DNA from: a virus
Direction: 5' to 3' (one strand)
DNA: 59,919 bases
UHGV virus genome: UHGV-0342645
Part shown: positions 1 through 9,302 of the stretch, piece by piece
How the letters are laid out: each line of letters opens with the position of its first letter
Position numbering within the stretch: position 1 is the first letter of the stretch
Program-made: the position numbers and the translations under genes
Notes under the pieces: generated by a model
The model's database searches: none
The model's input: only the letters and a program-made list of their open reading frames with translations
What the model was told of the DNA's origin: nothing

Positions 1-29
1 ACACTAATAGCTACAGAACTCTTTTTCAT
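1..29 (-). CDS. 5' end of head scaffolding gene, split by the window boundary (continues at 59919 if circular)
   Basis: ATG at 29-27 preceded by GGAG RBS; reading off the left edge and re-entering at 59919 is in frame, with no stop, with the scaffold ORF at 59876. Confidence 0.4.
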
Positions 30-124
30 TTCTTATCTCCGTTGTCACCCGTGTGACGTTTTTGGGGCTGAGCCGTCCCAGCCCCGTGTTCGTTAATATA
101 AACCAATCAATTTGGAAGTTGCAA

Positions 125-1621
125 CTATTCTTTATCGGAAGCGTCGTCTTCCTTAGGATCTTTGTTTACTTGCTGCTCTGCGTTTAAATCAGCTTTAGCA
201 TCATCGGGCAGAGGCCACTTCTTAAGCTCTTCTTCAAGAATTGCCATTTCTTCTTCAAAGCTTAGTGTGGTCAAGCCCTGATCAACAAGCCAGCCATGAA
301 TAGACTGCAAGCTGATCGGAGCCTTAAGGTTGCGTGCAGTAATAATTTGAACAAAGTCCTGACCGTTAAACATGCTCTTGGTAAATTCAAGATTAGGCTT
401 AACCACAACCTTCTCTGGATCAGCACCCATCCATTTAGCACAAACCTTCAGCAAGTTTTCCAAACCTGCCGCACCAGTATACGCAATTCGAATCAGGCTA
501 GCGGTACGCGCAGCAATACGCGTTTTCATAGCTTCGCCCGATTCCTGCGTGCTCTTGGTGTTGTTTACCATCTGCCCGGCTTTAATCTGAGCTTCTTGCT
601 TATCCGCTGCTAATGCGAGGCGTTGCTCGGACAAACCGTCACCGCTAACGCCTACATATTTAGCGTCACCACCAATAGCAACGTTAATGACCGCTCCAGG
701 ACCGATGCGCTGAGGGGCTTTATCTCCATTCTCCCCAGTACCGCCAACAACAACTAATGTGTCCTGCCCCTGCATATGCAGACTCTGACGGTAATCAGCA
801 TCACTTCGGTACATGCTTAGGCAGATGTTAGCTAGCCCCAATAATGGTGGCGCTTCCGGTGCTGGGGTAATATCTGTCGTATTAACAAACTGGAAAGGTA
901 TTTCGTCCAGCGTGTTACCTTTATAATAAGGAGCAATCATTTGCCCTTCATCATAATTGGTATTGTTGATAAACAAATGCTGGGAGTAGACCGCCCCACC
1001 TGCAACTTCATCTGTGTCCATCGGGCCTAATTGCAGGACGCGATAACGCTTCTCTTCTTTCCAGTCAAACTGATTGACACGTACAGGACCGCTTTCATCC
1101 AGAACAACCATGTTCAAGTTGATATTGCCTAATTCATCTTTACCATCATCCCAGTTGATAATGGATAAAGCATCATAAACGCTAATATAAGGTCTGTTAT
1201 TTACATCCTCACCTTTCGGCAAGTCCAGCAGCAGGCCCAAACGTCCATTTTTTAACTGCATTTCGTTGATGCGACGTAGCAGAGCAATAATGTCTTCACC
1301 GTCCGCAGTACACAGCTCCCGCATGTACTCCATTTCAGGAGGAAGCTGGATTGTAGGAGGCTTCTGGTGCAACAGACCTAAATTGTTTGTGACCGCACTT
1401 GAATAATCGTCAGGGAAGTTAGCACGCAGACGATAAGCAAGCCAACGTTGAAAGCCCAAATCATTAGGATTATTCATCCCATCAATAATCATGGAAGCTA
1501 AAGGTGGTAGATATTTAACACCTTCTTCCTTAATTTTATCTTCACCCTCATAGCAGTCGTTGCACTTAACCCATGCATCCTTCCACTTGTCATATAGCGG
1601 GTGAGTTGCATCAATACCCAT
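125..1621 (-). CDS. portal protein
   Basis: 498-aa ORF immediately downstream of the large terminase in a terS-terL-portal order; size typical of portals; no motif-level confirmation. Confidence 0.6.
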   Translation of the reverse strand: MGIDATHPLYDKWKDAWVKCNDCYEGEDKIKEEGVKYLPPLASMIIDGMNNPNDLGFQRWLAYRLRANFPDDYSSAVTNNLGLLHQKPPTIQLPPEMEYMRELCTADGEDIIALLRRINEMQLKNGRLGLLLDLPKGEDVNNRPYISVYDALSIINWDDGKDELGNINLNMVVLDESGPVRVNQFDWKEEKRYRVLQLGPMDTDEVAGGAVYSQHLFINNTNYDEGQMIAPYYKGNTLDEIPFQFVNTTDITPAPEAPPLLGLANICLSMYRSDADYRQSLHMQGQDTLVVVGGTGENGDKAPQRIGPGAVINVAIGGDAKYVGVSGDGLSEQRLALAADKQEAQIKAGQMVNNTKSTQESGEAMKTRIAARTASLIRIAYTGAAGLENLLKVCAKWMGADPEKVVVKPNLEFTKSMFNGQDFVQIITARNLKAPISLQSIHGWLVDQGLTTLSFEEEMAILEEELKKWPLPDDAKADLNAEQQVNKDPKEDDASDKE

Positions 1622-1632
1622 ATACCCTCCAG

Positions 1633-3192
1633 TTAAATACCGATAGTTTTACCAACACCTGTATAAACAGCTTGATCCAGAACCATATAACGTACTTCAT
1701 CCCCCATATGGTCTTCGCATTCCGTATCAACGTCGTCCTGATCTACTTCATCGCGCGGAAGACTTGGAACCAGCTCAAAGAAATAATTGCAATTATCGAA
1801 AACATACATTGCTGGATTTTCACGTGGTCCCGGCAAAGGTTTACCGTTTGCATCTTCCCGCAACGCGGCTTTAAGAAACTCACGCATTTTCTGCCATCCG
1901 CGTTTACGCGACCCAGCAGATTTATCACTTCTCTTCCAATGGATGCCGTTATACAGCTTGCCGTTGAGACGGATTTTCTTCGCCATTGTTGCAGCGGTGG
2001 AGTTATTGTTCTCCAGATCCCAAATAGAATTATCCGCAGGTCCAGGAACTACACGGTCGTGTATGCCCCAGGCCAATTCCCGCTCCAGTATACCGCTTGC
2101 AATCTCTGAGTCCAGCAAATGTAGACCTTCGTTTGTTTTACCGTTAGTGCCGTACCATTCGTTAATACGGAACAAGTCACCGCGTACAGTAGAGAATGTA
2201 GTACCGTCCTCACGTACAACATCCGAACCGTCACTAATAGCCCACCAGCCAACGGAGAATGGTTTTGAAGAACCCCAGTCGAAAGAACGTGTAATCTTCC
2301 AGCTTGATGGGATTGGGAATGGGCGTATTTTATGAACAGTGCTACGCCACAGATCATCGAACATACCGCCGGAGGTGATATCCCAGCTACCGCCTAACCA
2401 TGCAGCTCGTTTGTTCGGATCTGTGATGGACATAAGCTCTGCAATATATTTCGGGCTCAGGTTTTTGTTCTCGCGGTAAGATCCGAAGATATGGCATTGC
2501 GTCGTAACCACATCTTCCTCTTTCTGCGTCCGCGGGTTAAACACTCGCGTAGTTTTCCTGAGTATCTTACCCATCGGTGCAGCATCAATGAAGCGTTTCT
2601 TAACCCAGTTATGCCCCGCACCAAACGGGTTACTGGTAGCAAATACTTCCAGAGGAATGTCTGGTAAATATGTGACAGTACCGTCCGGATCGATAATTGG
2701 ATTATCTTCGGGTAGGAAGGATGAACGGTTACAGGACATCATTGCTTCAAACAAACGCCCGTCCGGATACTTTGTTAATTCGTTCCATCCGATAAACGGG
2801 TATTCGTGACCATGATAAGACCAATAATCCTTTTCTTTGCAAGCAACACGGAACAGCAATTCTTCCCCAGTGGGCCAAACCCATTTATAATCAGACTTCG
2901 AGCTAAGGAATTTAGCACCATCTTTAAATTCAGGGAACCAACGCTGTGATTTGGTTACAAGGTCATCAAGGTTTTTATATTCACGATCGAATATAATACC
3001 CTTCCAGAATTTACCGTACCCTACGCCAACATTCTTACGGAAACGCATAAGCTGGCAGTCCGTCTTTCCAGGACCGCGAGTACCGTGGTATAAAATGATA
3101 TCAGCAGGACAGGATAGAGCGAGTGTCTGTGAACCTGGATGTGGCTTCCAGACTACTCGCGGCATGTTATCAGGTTGTCGGTTTAGCTCCAT
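1633..3192 (-). CDS. terminase large subunit
   Basis: 519 aa; N-terminal P-loop-like GTRGPGKT; overlaps the small-subunit gene; followed by portal. Confidence 0.75.
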   Translation of the reverse strand: MELNRQPDNMPRVVWKPHPGSQTLALSCPADIILYHGTRGPGKTDCQLMRFRKNVGVGYGKFWKGIIFDREYKNLDDLVTKSQRWFPEFKDGAKFLSSKSDYKWVWPTGEELLFRVACKEKDYWSYHGHEYPFIGWNELTKYPDGRLFEAMMSCNRSSFLPEDNPIIDPDGTVTYLPDIPLEVFATSNPFGAGHNWVKKRFIDAAPMGKILRKTTRVFNPRTQKEEDVVTTQCHIFGSYRENKNLSPKYIAELMSITDPNKRAAWLGGSWDITSGGMFDDLWRSTVHKIRPFPIPSSWKITRSFDWGSSKPFSVGWWAISDGSDVVREDGTTFSTVRGDLFRINEWYGTNGKTNEGLHLLDSEIASGILERELAWGIHDRVVPGPADNSIWDLENNNSTAATMAKKIRLNGKLYNGIHWKRSDKSAGSRKRGWQKMREFLKAALREDANGKPLPGPRENPAMYVFDNCNYFFELVPSLPRDEVDQDDVDTECEDHMGDEVRYMVLDQAVYTGVGKTIGI

Positions 3193-3727
3193 CTTCAGTC
3201 TCTTTAACTAGTCGTTGTTGAGACTCGGATGCAGTTTTTTCCCATTCGTCAATATTTGCTACAGCAGGGACTATCATTACGCCGCCTCTGTTAGTAACAT
3301 CAATTTTAGCCTTCTTGGGAGCATCCAAATCATAAATTTGTGCAAGCTTGCCCAATGCGGCTACTCTAGCAGCTTGAGAAGATCCCGGTCCTGTATAATG
3401 AGCTTCACGTTTTAATGCTTCAATGATATGCTGACGCTCTAGGTCTGCTTCAATGTTAGCTTGCTCAGAAGTACGTTGAACACGGGATCTTTCAATCTCC
3501 TTGAGCTTCCATCGAACGTAACAGTCCGTGGCAAAGCGTTGGCCAAGCTCCTGTGCAAACATAGCATTGAACCCGCATCTCATGCAAGCGTTAGTCCAAT
3601 TGTAGTCGAACATATACTCAGCAACAACTTTGTCACGTATTGCCATCTCGTCAGCGGACAAGCTATTTGCATACTGGATATAGTTCGTCCAGTCACGATC
3701 ATATTGCTCTTGACTTGCCCCGTTCAT
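3170..3727 (-). CDS. terminase small subunit (putative)
   Basis: 185-aa ORF directly upstream of and overlapping terL; positional call. Confidence 0.45.
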   Translation of the reverse strand: MNGASQEQYDRDWTNYIQYANSLSADEMAIRDKVVAEYMFDYNWTNACMRCGFNAMFAQELGQRFATDCYVRWKLKEIERSRVQRTSEQANIEADLERQHIIEALKREAHYTGPGSSQAARVAALGKLAQIYDLDAPKKAKIDVTNRGGVMIVPAVANIDEWEKTASESQQRLVKETEDGAKPTT

Positions 3728-3747
3728 GGAAGCTCCCCTTCTTATTG

Positions 3748-4053
3748 CTATTTAGGCTGAATATAATTGCTTGATCCTACAAAATCAAGCGAAACATTTT
3801 CAGCTTCATAGCGTATGATTTCCTTAACCCTTAGCTTACATTCGGTCAGAGCAGTTTCTGTATCCTGTAAACGTCGGATAATATCTCTTGTGTAAACCAA
3901 AGGAATTTTCTCAACTTCCCGACATTCCACCAGTAGATGCGCGGGTAGTCTTACCTTCACTATCTGTGGAGCTGGGGGAGGTTGAGTCTGCGTCGAGCAA
4001 CCTGCGCAAATCATCAGGAATACGCTCGTTAAGATAAGCTTTGACGTCAGCAT
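3748..4053 (-). CDS. o-spanin (Rz1-like outer-membrane lipoprotein)
   Basis: Internal start MLTSKLILTSVFLMICAGCS gives signal peptide plus lipobox Cys; Pro-rich mature part; starts inside the i-spanin gene in another frame and extends past it. Confidence 0.55.
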   Translation of the reverse strand: MLTSKLILTSVFLMICAGCSTQTQPPPAPQIVKVRLPAHLLVECREVEKIPLVYTRDIIRRLQDTETALTECKLRVKEIIRYEAENVSLDFVGSSNYIQPK

Positions 4054-4387
4054 TGCTTTTCTCCAGTGTCTGCAACTTGTCCTGAAGCAACTTGTGGTTA
4101 TGTTGTTCATCTTGAATTGCAGAAGTTAGTTTCTTGAAAGAGTCCGTGTCCTTCTCCCTTTGTGCAGCAAGAAATACAACAGCCTCGCCCAGCTTTGCAT
4201 TGTCTTTCTCCACAACGGTTAAACGTTCTTCAGCCAAACTTAAATTTGATTTGTTAAGCTCGTTCTGTGACCACAGGTAGGCAGCCACCCCGCATAAAAA
4301 CACCACCGCGCCAATCATCAGGTACTCGATAAATAGACGCGGTTTAGCTTTTATAAAACTGAAGAAGTTATTTAGAATCATTTTCAT
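3911..4387 (-). CDS. i-spanin (Rz-like)
   Basis: 158 aa; N-terminal TM segment (LMIGAVVFLCGVAAYLW) then coiled-coil-like charged region; overlaps the embedded lipoprotein ORF; directly downstream of holin. Confidence 0.55.
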   Translation of the reverse strand: MKMILNNFFSFIKAKPRLFIEYLMIGAVVFLCGVAAYLWSQNELNKSNLSLAEERLTVVEKDNAKLGEAVVFLAAQREKDTDSFKKLTSAIQDEQHNHKLLQDKLQTLEKSNADVKAYLNERIPDDLRRLLDADSTSPSSTDSEGKTTRASTGGMSGS

Positions 4388-4712
4388 GTTTGCAGTCCTC
4401 TGAGTCGAGTTTGATCCCTGTCCGCGATGCTAGAAGCGACTTTAGAGCTTTTAGCGTAGCACGTGAACCCGCCCAAGCGAATAGGCCAGCAAGGCCAAAA
4501 GCGAACCAAAGGCTGATATTAAACTCCCTGTAGATCGCGTACATTATAACGCCGAAGAACGCGGCGGATAAGCCTTCAAGACATGCAATGCTTAACCGTA
4601 CTTTCTTACCAGCGTCAATTGTGCGCATGACGTAACCGAGAGCTCCCCCAATGAGGGAAATCAGAGCAAACCCCGCTAGAACTGCCCAATGTTCGTTTGA
4701 TGAGTTGAACAT
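4368..4712 (-). CDS. holin (putative)
   Basis: Internal start MFNSSNEHWAVLAGFALISLIGGALG with GGAGGG RBS; about 3 TM segments and charged C-terminus; sits between the putative endolysin and spanins. Confidence 0.5.
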   Translation of the reverse strand: MFNSSNEHWAVLAGFALISLIGGALGYVMRTIDAGKKVRLSIACLEGLSAAFFGVIMYAIYREFNISLWFAFGLAGLFAWAGSRATLKALKSLLASRTGIKLDSEDCKHENDSK

Positions 4713-4729
4713 GTTCCCTCCAATAAAAA

Positions 4730-4743
4730 GGGGCTGACGCCCC
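4730..4743 (-). terminator. short GC hairpin plus T-run between endolysin-like gene and holin RBS
   Basis: Minus strand GGGGC-GTCA-GCCCC followed by TTTTTATT, immediately upstream of the holin RBS; 5-bp stem only. Confidence 0.3.
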
Positions 4744-4748
4744 ATCAG

Positions 4749-5186
4749 TTAAATTACCATTGCAATAGCGCGGTCGATCACGTCATCAGTATAAGGCATC
4801 ATGCCATTTTCATGACGAATGATTGCTTTCACCAAACCTGACATTATCGTCTTGTCGAAGACATTAATTGGATCGTTGGGTTGAACACCAATTGCTTTGG
4901 CAACAGAACGAATATACGCTTCCGTATCGTTTTCATTAGGCGGAGCCCAGCGAGCGATAATTTCACGTACAGTGTCGATGTTTCTCTTACCCACATTGGG
5001 CAAGCCTTCACGTTTGGTGTAGTTTGTCAGGACTTTCGCCAGAGCGCGGATGCCGTAGATCGGTTGCGTAAATTGCGCAAAAGATTTGTCGGTCCGCTTA
5101 TCAACAGGGACCAATCCCTGCCAATTATCACCCCAGCGAATATTACCTGGATTGTTATTACGAATACCACGAGGTTGAAGCGCCAT
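4749..5186 (-). CDS. putative endolysin (fold unassigned)
   Basis: 146 aa from internal ATG with GGAGGAA RBS; conserved-looking RGIRNNNPGNIRWGDNWQG motif; positioned directly upstream of holin and spanins. Confidence 0.35.
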   Translation of the reverse strand: MALQPRGIRNNNPGNIRWGDNWQGLVPVDKRTDKSFAQFTQPIYGIRALAKVLTNYTKREGLPNVGKRNIDTVREIIARWAPPNENDTEAYIRSVAKAIGVQPNDPINVFDKTIMSGLVKAIIRHENGMMPYTDDVIDRAIAMVI

Positions 5187-5268
5187 ATCGAGTTCCTCCG
5201 CTTGACATGAACCACTCAAGGGTAACAGAGAAACTTGATACGGCGCAAGGAGAATTGATCTAAGAAGA

Positions 5269-5529
5269 TTACCCGTCAAACCACTCGCCAATGTACCAGC
5301 TAACAAGACCTTTTCCACCTTTATCGACCCCGTAGCTGGAGTAAAAAGTGAAGTTATCGGGTTCGTGTTGCAGGATAACCATAAAGTCATGCTGAGTGTT
5401 GTCAATAATTGCAATAGCGATTTCCTCGTTATCTGTGATAAAGATTTCGCCACCAATTACAACATGCGTCCCGTGGTCAACTACCTTACTATGATAAGCA
5501 GGTGGGATCAGGTGACTGAATGTAGTCAT
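5269..5529 (-). CDS. hypothetical protein
   Basis: 86-aa ORF tightly packed with neighbours on the early strand. Confidence 0.4.
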   Translation of the reverse strand: MTTFSHLIPPAYHSKVVDHGTHVVIGGEIFITDNEEIAIAIIDNTQHDFMVILQHEPDNFTFYSSYGVDKGGKGLVSWYIGEWFDG

Positions 5530-5994
5530 TTAAAAACCCTCAAATGATATTGTATCAACTCCCAGGAATGCGCATGTGGTGTGTTTAATTGCTAACTCAA
5601 TAGCTTCGCTCGCACTTGCACCAGCAGCTAACGCGCCAGCAGCAAACACACAACCGCTACCCTCAGATCCCCATCCATCCAGCATGGGTTTGCTCAAAGT
5701 ACCATCATTATAAATAAAATGGCAAGTACCTTCCGGAGTAACCGCAAGACCGCAAGTTTGCCCGTAATCATCATCTTTGCTGTAAAGTTTAATATCAGGG
5801 AACTTAACAGGTTCCGCGCTATTAAAATAACGCAACACCTGATCGGTAAATGCTGTAAGGCCGCACAATCCCAGTAAAAACCGTCCACGATGTCCATTTA
5901 CGCTATGAACTTTCTTATAAGCAGTCACAGCTTCCCCGCGCATAACTCCACGGTCCGCAGCTAATACTTTTCCATCAAACGCAATTGTGGTCAT
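5530..5994 (-). CDS. Ntn-hydrolase, HslV/proteasome beta-like protein
   Basis: N-terminus MTTIAFDGKVLAADRG (Thr right after Met, as in HslV TTIVSV) and C-terminal GSEGSGCVFAAGALAAGASASEAIELAIK resembling the HslV GSGG...A segment. Confidence 0.45.
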   Translation of the reverse strand: MTTIAFDGKVLAADRGVMRGEAVTAYKKVHSVNGHRGRFLLGLCGLTAFTDQVLRYFNSAEPVKFPDIKLYSKDDDYGQTCGLAVTPEGTCHFIYNDGTLSKPMLDGWGSEGSGCVFAAGALAAGASASEAIELAIKHTTCAFLGVDTISFEGF

Positions 5995-6176
5995 TTAATT
6001 TTCCTTTGGTCTTGGATAATAACAATGCATAAAACAAATAGAATAAGACAGATACAAAGCCCTGTACTTGCAAAGATTCGGATAACCGTGGAAGGTTGTT
6101 CGACTACTGTATAGGTATAAAGCCCAGCGAACATTAACGTCGCAAATAAAAACAATCCGGCGTATAGTTTGGTCAT
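5991..6176 (-). CDS. small membrane protein
   Basis: 61 aa with two hydrophobic segments. Confidence 0.3.
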   Translation of the reverse strand: MTKLYAGLFLFATLMFAGLYTYTVVEQPSTVIRIFASTGLCICLILFVLCIVIIQDQRKIK

Positions 6177-6238
6177 TGTGTACCCCTCTTATTCGATGGG
6201 TACACAATACAATGAAGGGTTATGTGATAGCAAGGTTT

Positions 6239-6661
6239 TTAATTAAGCACAATCTCAACGTCTTTAACCCAAGTATGAATGATAAATGCTCCTGGCTGTT
6301 CAGGATCTTGATCCGGGCCAACGTAGAACTTTTTACCTTCCCAACCTTTAATTGGGTCATGTACAATAAACTTGTGATTAGTTGTATCGATCACAACCTG
6401 ATGCAGTGCTCCAGGAACATTGAGACTTGGGACAGTGCACAAAAACAAACCACCCATGTATATAGTCTCACGCCCACCGCCTACAGAACAGATGTGGTCA
6501 ACATTGTTTTGTACTAAATATTCGGAAATTGTTATTTCCCAGTTGTTGTAATATCGATCATGAAATTCCGCAATTACTTCTTCTACAGGTCTATTAAGGA
6601 TCATTGCTAGACACGCAGAAACGCATGTATTTAAAGAAGGTTGCTTGACGTGTTTAATCAT
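6239..6661 (-). CDS. papain-like cysteine peptidase, C39-like domain protein
   Basis: QPSLNTCVSACLAMIL matches the C39 Q..(D/N)CG.ACL.MI catalytic-Cys motif; downstream His candidate in HQVVID. Confidence 0.45.
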   Translation of the reverse strand: MIKHVKQPSLNTCVSACLAMILNRPVEEVIAEFHDRYYNNWEITISEYLVQNNVDHICSVGGGRETIYMGGLFLCTVPSLNVPGALHQVVIDTTNHKFIVHDPIKGWEGKKFYVGPDQDPEQPGAFIIHTWVKDVEIVLN

Positions 6662-6662
6662 T

Positions 6663-7133
6663 TTACGCCTCGTATATGACTTCTGGCTCGTTATTATAAG
6701 GACGCAGCAGCAAACGCGCTACCAGCGACGTACGCTTGCTCAACCCTTGCGGATGCACAAACCCAACAAACTGGTAGTGACAACCGCGCAGGTGGTGCAA
6801 ACTCTTAGCACAATGACACGCTTCCAAACGAAGTGTCTCGCCCGACTGCCATTTAACCACAATAGTAGAGCCCGCGATCATGTTAATTTCTACGTCACCA
6901 ATATCTATTTGAAGACGTAAAAGATCTTCTACAACATTACGGACATAGACAAGGATCTGTGATGTGGGCATAACAATAAGCCCGTTCCAGTCTTTCCCGC
7001 GCCCCAAGCCGCAACGACGTGCGAATCTTGATATTAACTGAGTCTCTGTAACCTGTTTTACTTCAAACGACTTCTTCAGTTGGCAGTCTTTGGATTCGTC
7101 CATTGCATCAACAATAGTTTTAACGTCAGCCAT
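6663..7133 (-). CDS. hypothetical protein
   Basis: 156-aa ORF, no recognisable motif. Confidence 0.4.
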   Translation of the reverse strand: MADVKTIVDAMDESKDCQLKKSFEVKQVTETQLISRFARRCGLGRGKDWNGLIVMPTSQILVYVRNVVEDLLRLQIDIGDVEINMIAGSTIVVKWQSGETLRLEACHCAKSLHHLRGCHYQFVGFVHPQGLSKRTSLVARLLLRPYNNEPEVIYEA

Positions 7134-7136
7134 TAT

Positions 7137-7529
7137 TTACTCCGCTAATGTGTAAGGAATACCGGATGCTTTAATCTGTCTGTACATGTCCATAGTACCA
7201 GCTCCGCCCGGAAACACAATAGCGTGATCTGGTTTGGGATCAGTATCCAGCATTAATTGATTGCGGTAAGCGCCAGCTTGTGCATTATAAGCACCTCTGG
7301 CGTTATACCGTATCTTAGTATTCGGTAAGGAAAGATTGTCCCACGGCGCAGGAAACGCCTCCGTCTTAATACCGTTCCGCTCCGCCCAATGTGCGCAAAT
7401 GCGGTCAACACCGTCAGCGTCACCGTGGCGAAGTGTGGTTATCCTTCTTTGCATATGCAGCTTATCCAATTGAGCATAGATATACTCCACATTCTTAAAA
7501 TTACGACCTCCGGTAACAACTAATAGCAT
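7137..7529 (-). CDS. SLOG-superfamily protein (DUF2493/YpsA-like)
   Basis: LLVVTGGR N-terminus, HGDADGVD and FPGGAGT motifs typical of DUF2493-type Rossmann-like proteins. Confidence 0.4.
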   Translation of the reverse strand: MLLVVTGGRNFKNVEYIYAQLDKLHMQRRITTLRHGDADGVDRICAHWAERNGIKTEAFPAPWDNLSLPNTKIRYNARGAYNAQAGAYRNQLMLDTDPKPDHAIVFPGGAGTMDMYRQIKASGIPYTLAE

Positions 7530-7592
7530 TATTTCTTCTCCAATGGTTTCAACATTTCGTCAATAAAACCTTTCCAATATTTGATATTTTCT

Positions 7593-8066
7593 TCAATCAA
7601 CAATAATCTCCTTAAAACGGTTATACAAATCACGATAGAACAAAGGACCATTAGCATTGCGACGCAGGAAGTCCTTTGCTACAGCTTCCAGAGCTTCGCA
7701 GCGATCACGCAACTCTTGAGCCTTCTTCTCGGTATGCGCCCACACCTCTTCGCTGGTCACACCCGGCGGATTCATTGCACCAACAATTTGACGCAAACGA
7801 ATATAAGAATCGGATAAAGCGTGTTCAGCAGCACGCATGTCGACAAGGTTAGTTTCAGCATTTTCGGCACGTTCTTCCTGAGCTCGCCATTCTGCTTCTA
7901 GCTGGTCAATGCGCATATCACGATAACCCAGTTCCGCAGCAATATCACCTTTGCTGTGCAAACCTTCGGATGTCATTGCCATAACATGACGGGAGTAATA
8001 ACCTCCAGCTTGATCCAGTTCCCAAGCGTCGCGTTCTAAATCATAGCATTTATTTTTCTGTGACAT
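7593..8066 (-). CDS. hypothetical protein
   Basis: 157-aa ORF with coiled-coil-like charged stretches. Confidence 0.4.
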   Translation of the reverse strand: MSQKNKCYDLERDAWELDQAGGYYSRHVMAMTSEGLHSKGDIAAELGYRDMRIDQLEAEWRAQEERAENAETNLVDMRAAEHALSDSYIRLRQIVGAMNPPGVTSEEVWAHTEKKAQELRDRCEALEAVAKDFLRRNANGPLFYRDLYNRFKEIIVD

Positions 8067-8352
8067 ATGTAGTAATCTCCTTCAGCGTATCGCGCCAGTC
8101 CGCACCTTCAAGGTCAACTTCACCGCAGTAGCGACACTTATCACCATCATACAGCCATTCTTTAAGTTGTTCATATGCTTTAGGCTTACTATTATAACAG
8201 TGGACAACACCGTTAGCATCCACTGCAATGTGAGTAGCCCAAGGTGCCACAGGGATTTCCTGACCAAAAAACAGGACTTTGATTGCAGTTTTAGAATCGA
8301 CCGCAGGGATATCCGGTTTTTCTCGATTTAAATCCATTCCTAAATAAAGCAT
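8050..8352 (-). CDS. hypothetical protein (paralog of 29405..29659)
   Basis: C-terminal ...VDANGVVHCYNS...CGEVDLEGADWRDTLKEI resembles ...ADKDGKVCGYEV...YVDLEGLDWTQTLREV of the ORF at 29405. Confidence 0.45.
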   Translation of the reverse strand: MLYLGMDLNREKPDIPAVDSKTAIKVLFFGQEIPVAPWATHIAVDANGVVHCYNSKPKAYEQLKEWLYDGDKCRYCGEVDLEGADWRDTLKEITTYVTEK

Positions 8353-8403
8353 AACAACCTCCAGATAATTAAGGGCTCCGTAGAGCCCATTATAGATTGA
8401 TAA

Positions 8404-8682
8404 TTACACTTCCTCCAGGAAATTGGCGCCTACAAGACCAGTATAACTGATTTCGTAAGCATCCTCTTCTTCATCGTATTCATCGCTACCCTGGCTAACA
8501 ATTACAGTATGGTTCCACTGCCCGAAAAGGCTATGCAGATCAAACACCACCTTATTAACAGTAACAATAGAACCAGCTTTCAGTTCCCGGAACTCAACAC
8601 CATCGCCCGGAGCATACCCAACACCGCCAATATCAGTCAGTAAACGATACTCTTTACCTTCAACAATCTCTTCTACACGCAT
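8404..8682 (-). CDS. hypothetical acidic protein
   Basis: 92 aa, acidic C-terminal stretch DEYDEEEDAYE. Confidence 0.4.
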   Translation of the reverse strand: MRVEEIVEGKEYRLLTDIGGVGYAPGDGVEFRELKAGSIVTVNKVVFDLHSLFGQWNHTVIVSQGSDEYDEEEDAYEISYTGLVGANFLEEV

Positions 8683-8964
8683 TTAAGCCTCCGAACTAAC
8701 ATTAACTAAAGAATTTACCCAACGACCTTCTTCGAAAGGAAACTCGCCAATAAAGACGGATTTACCCGTATCCTCATACCATCTGTCGTAATCGTCGTAT
8801 CCGTCTATATAAGGCTCATTTTCATAAGCATAGAGCTCTTCACACTTATCAACCGCGAGCCAGTTAGCCCAGACAGGCACTACAACCCGAGTCCCGAAAT
8901 AGTTAACAACCTTTTCATCATATTCTACACGCATTCTTCTTTCCTCTATATATTTTTCTGCCAT
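8683..8964 (-). CDS. hypothetical acidic, aromatic-rich protein
   Basis: 93 aa, about 21 Asp/Glu versus about 9 Lys/Arg, many Tyr/Trp. Confidence 0.4.
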   Translation of the reverse strand: MAEKYIEERRMRVEYDEKVVNYFGTRVVVPVWANWLAVDKCEELYAYENEPYIDGYDDYDRWYEDTGKSVFIGEFPFEEGRWVNSLVNVSSEA

Positions 8965-9302
8965 TGACGAACAGTTTCTAACATAGATTTATAATCGTCA
9001 TCCCAATCATAATTCTCAACATCTTTTTGAAGTTTGGCGATCATTTCTTCAAGGCTGTTAGCTGGTAAGTAGCTTTCACCAAATGCAGCAAGACGTTTGT
9101 GATAATCGGGGCTTTGTTCATCCACCCAGCCAAATTCAGCTTCAAATGAATCACAACCCGAGCACGATCCATAAGAACCTTCACAAACCCCCAATACACC
9201 ATCTTTTCTTATCAGGGCAAGCCATTCACCCTGATAACAACCAAACTCAACAAAATCTAATACTTCGCATCCAGCAGCTTCTAATGCTAATTGATAAGAC
9301 AT
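8946..9302 (-). CDS. hypothetical protein
   Basis: 118 aa, Cys-containing, acidic. Confidence 0.4.
   Translation of the reverse strand: MSYQLALEAAGCEVLDFVEFGCYQGEWLALIRKDGVLGVCEGSYGSCSGCDSFEAEFGWVDEQSPDYHKRLAAFGESYLPANSLEEMIAKLQKDVENYDWDDDYKSMLETVRQWQKNI

Noticed and set aside
73-94. GC hairpin (GGGGCTG-N8-CAGCCCC) between the portal stop and the scaffold start, considered as a terminator
   Set aside because: On the transcribed minus strand the stem is followed by an A-run, not a U-run; more likely an RNA stability or processing element
296-613. Plus-strand ORFs (105 and 72 aa) inside the portal gene
   Set aside because: Fully embedded antisense to a well-supported 498-aa gene, with no RBS
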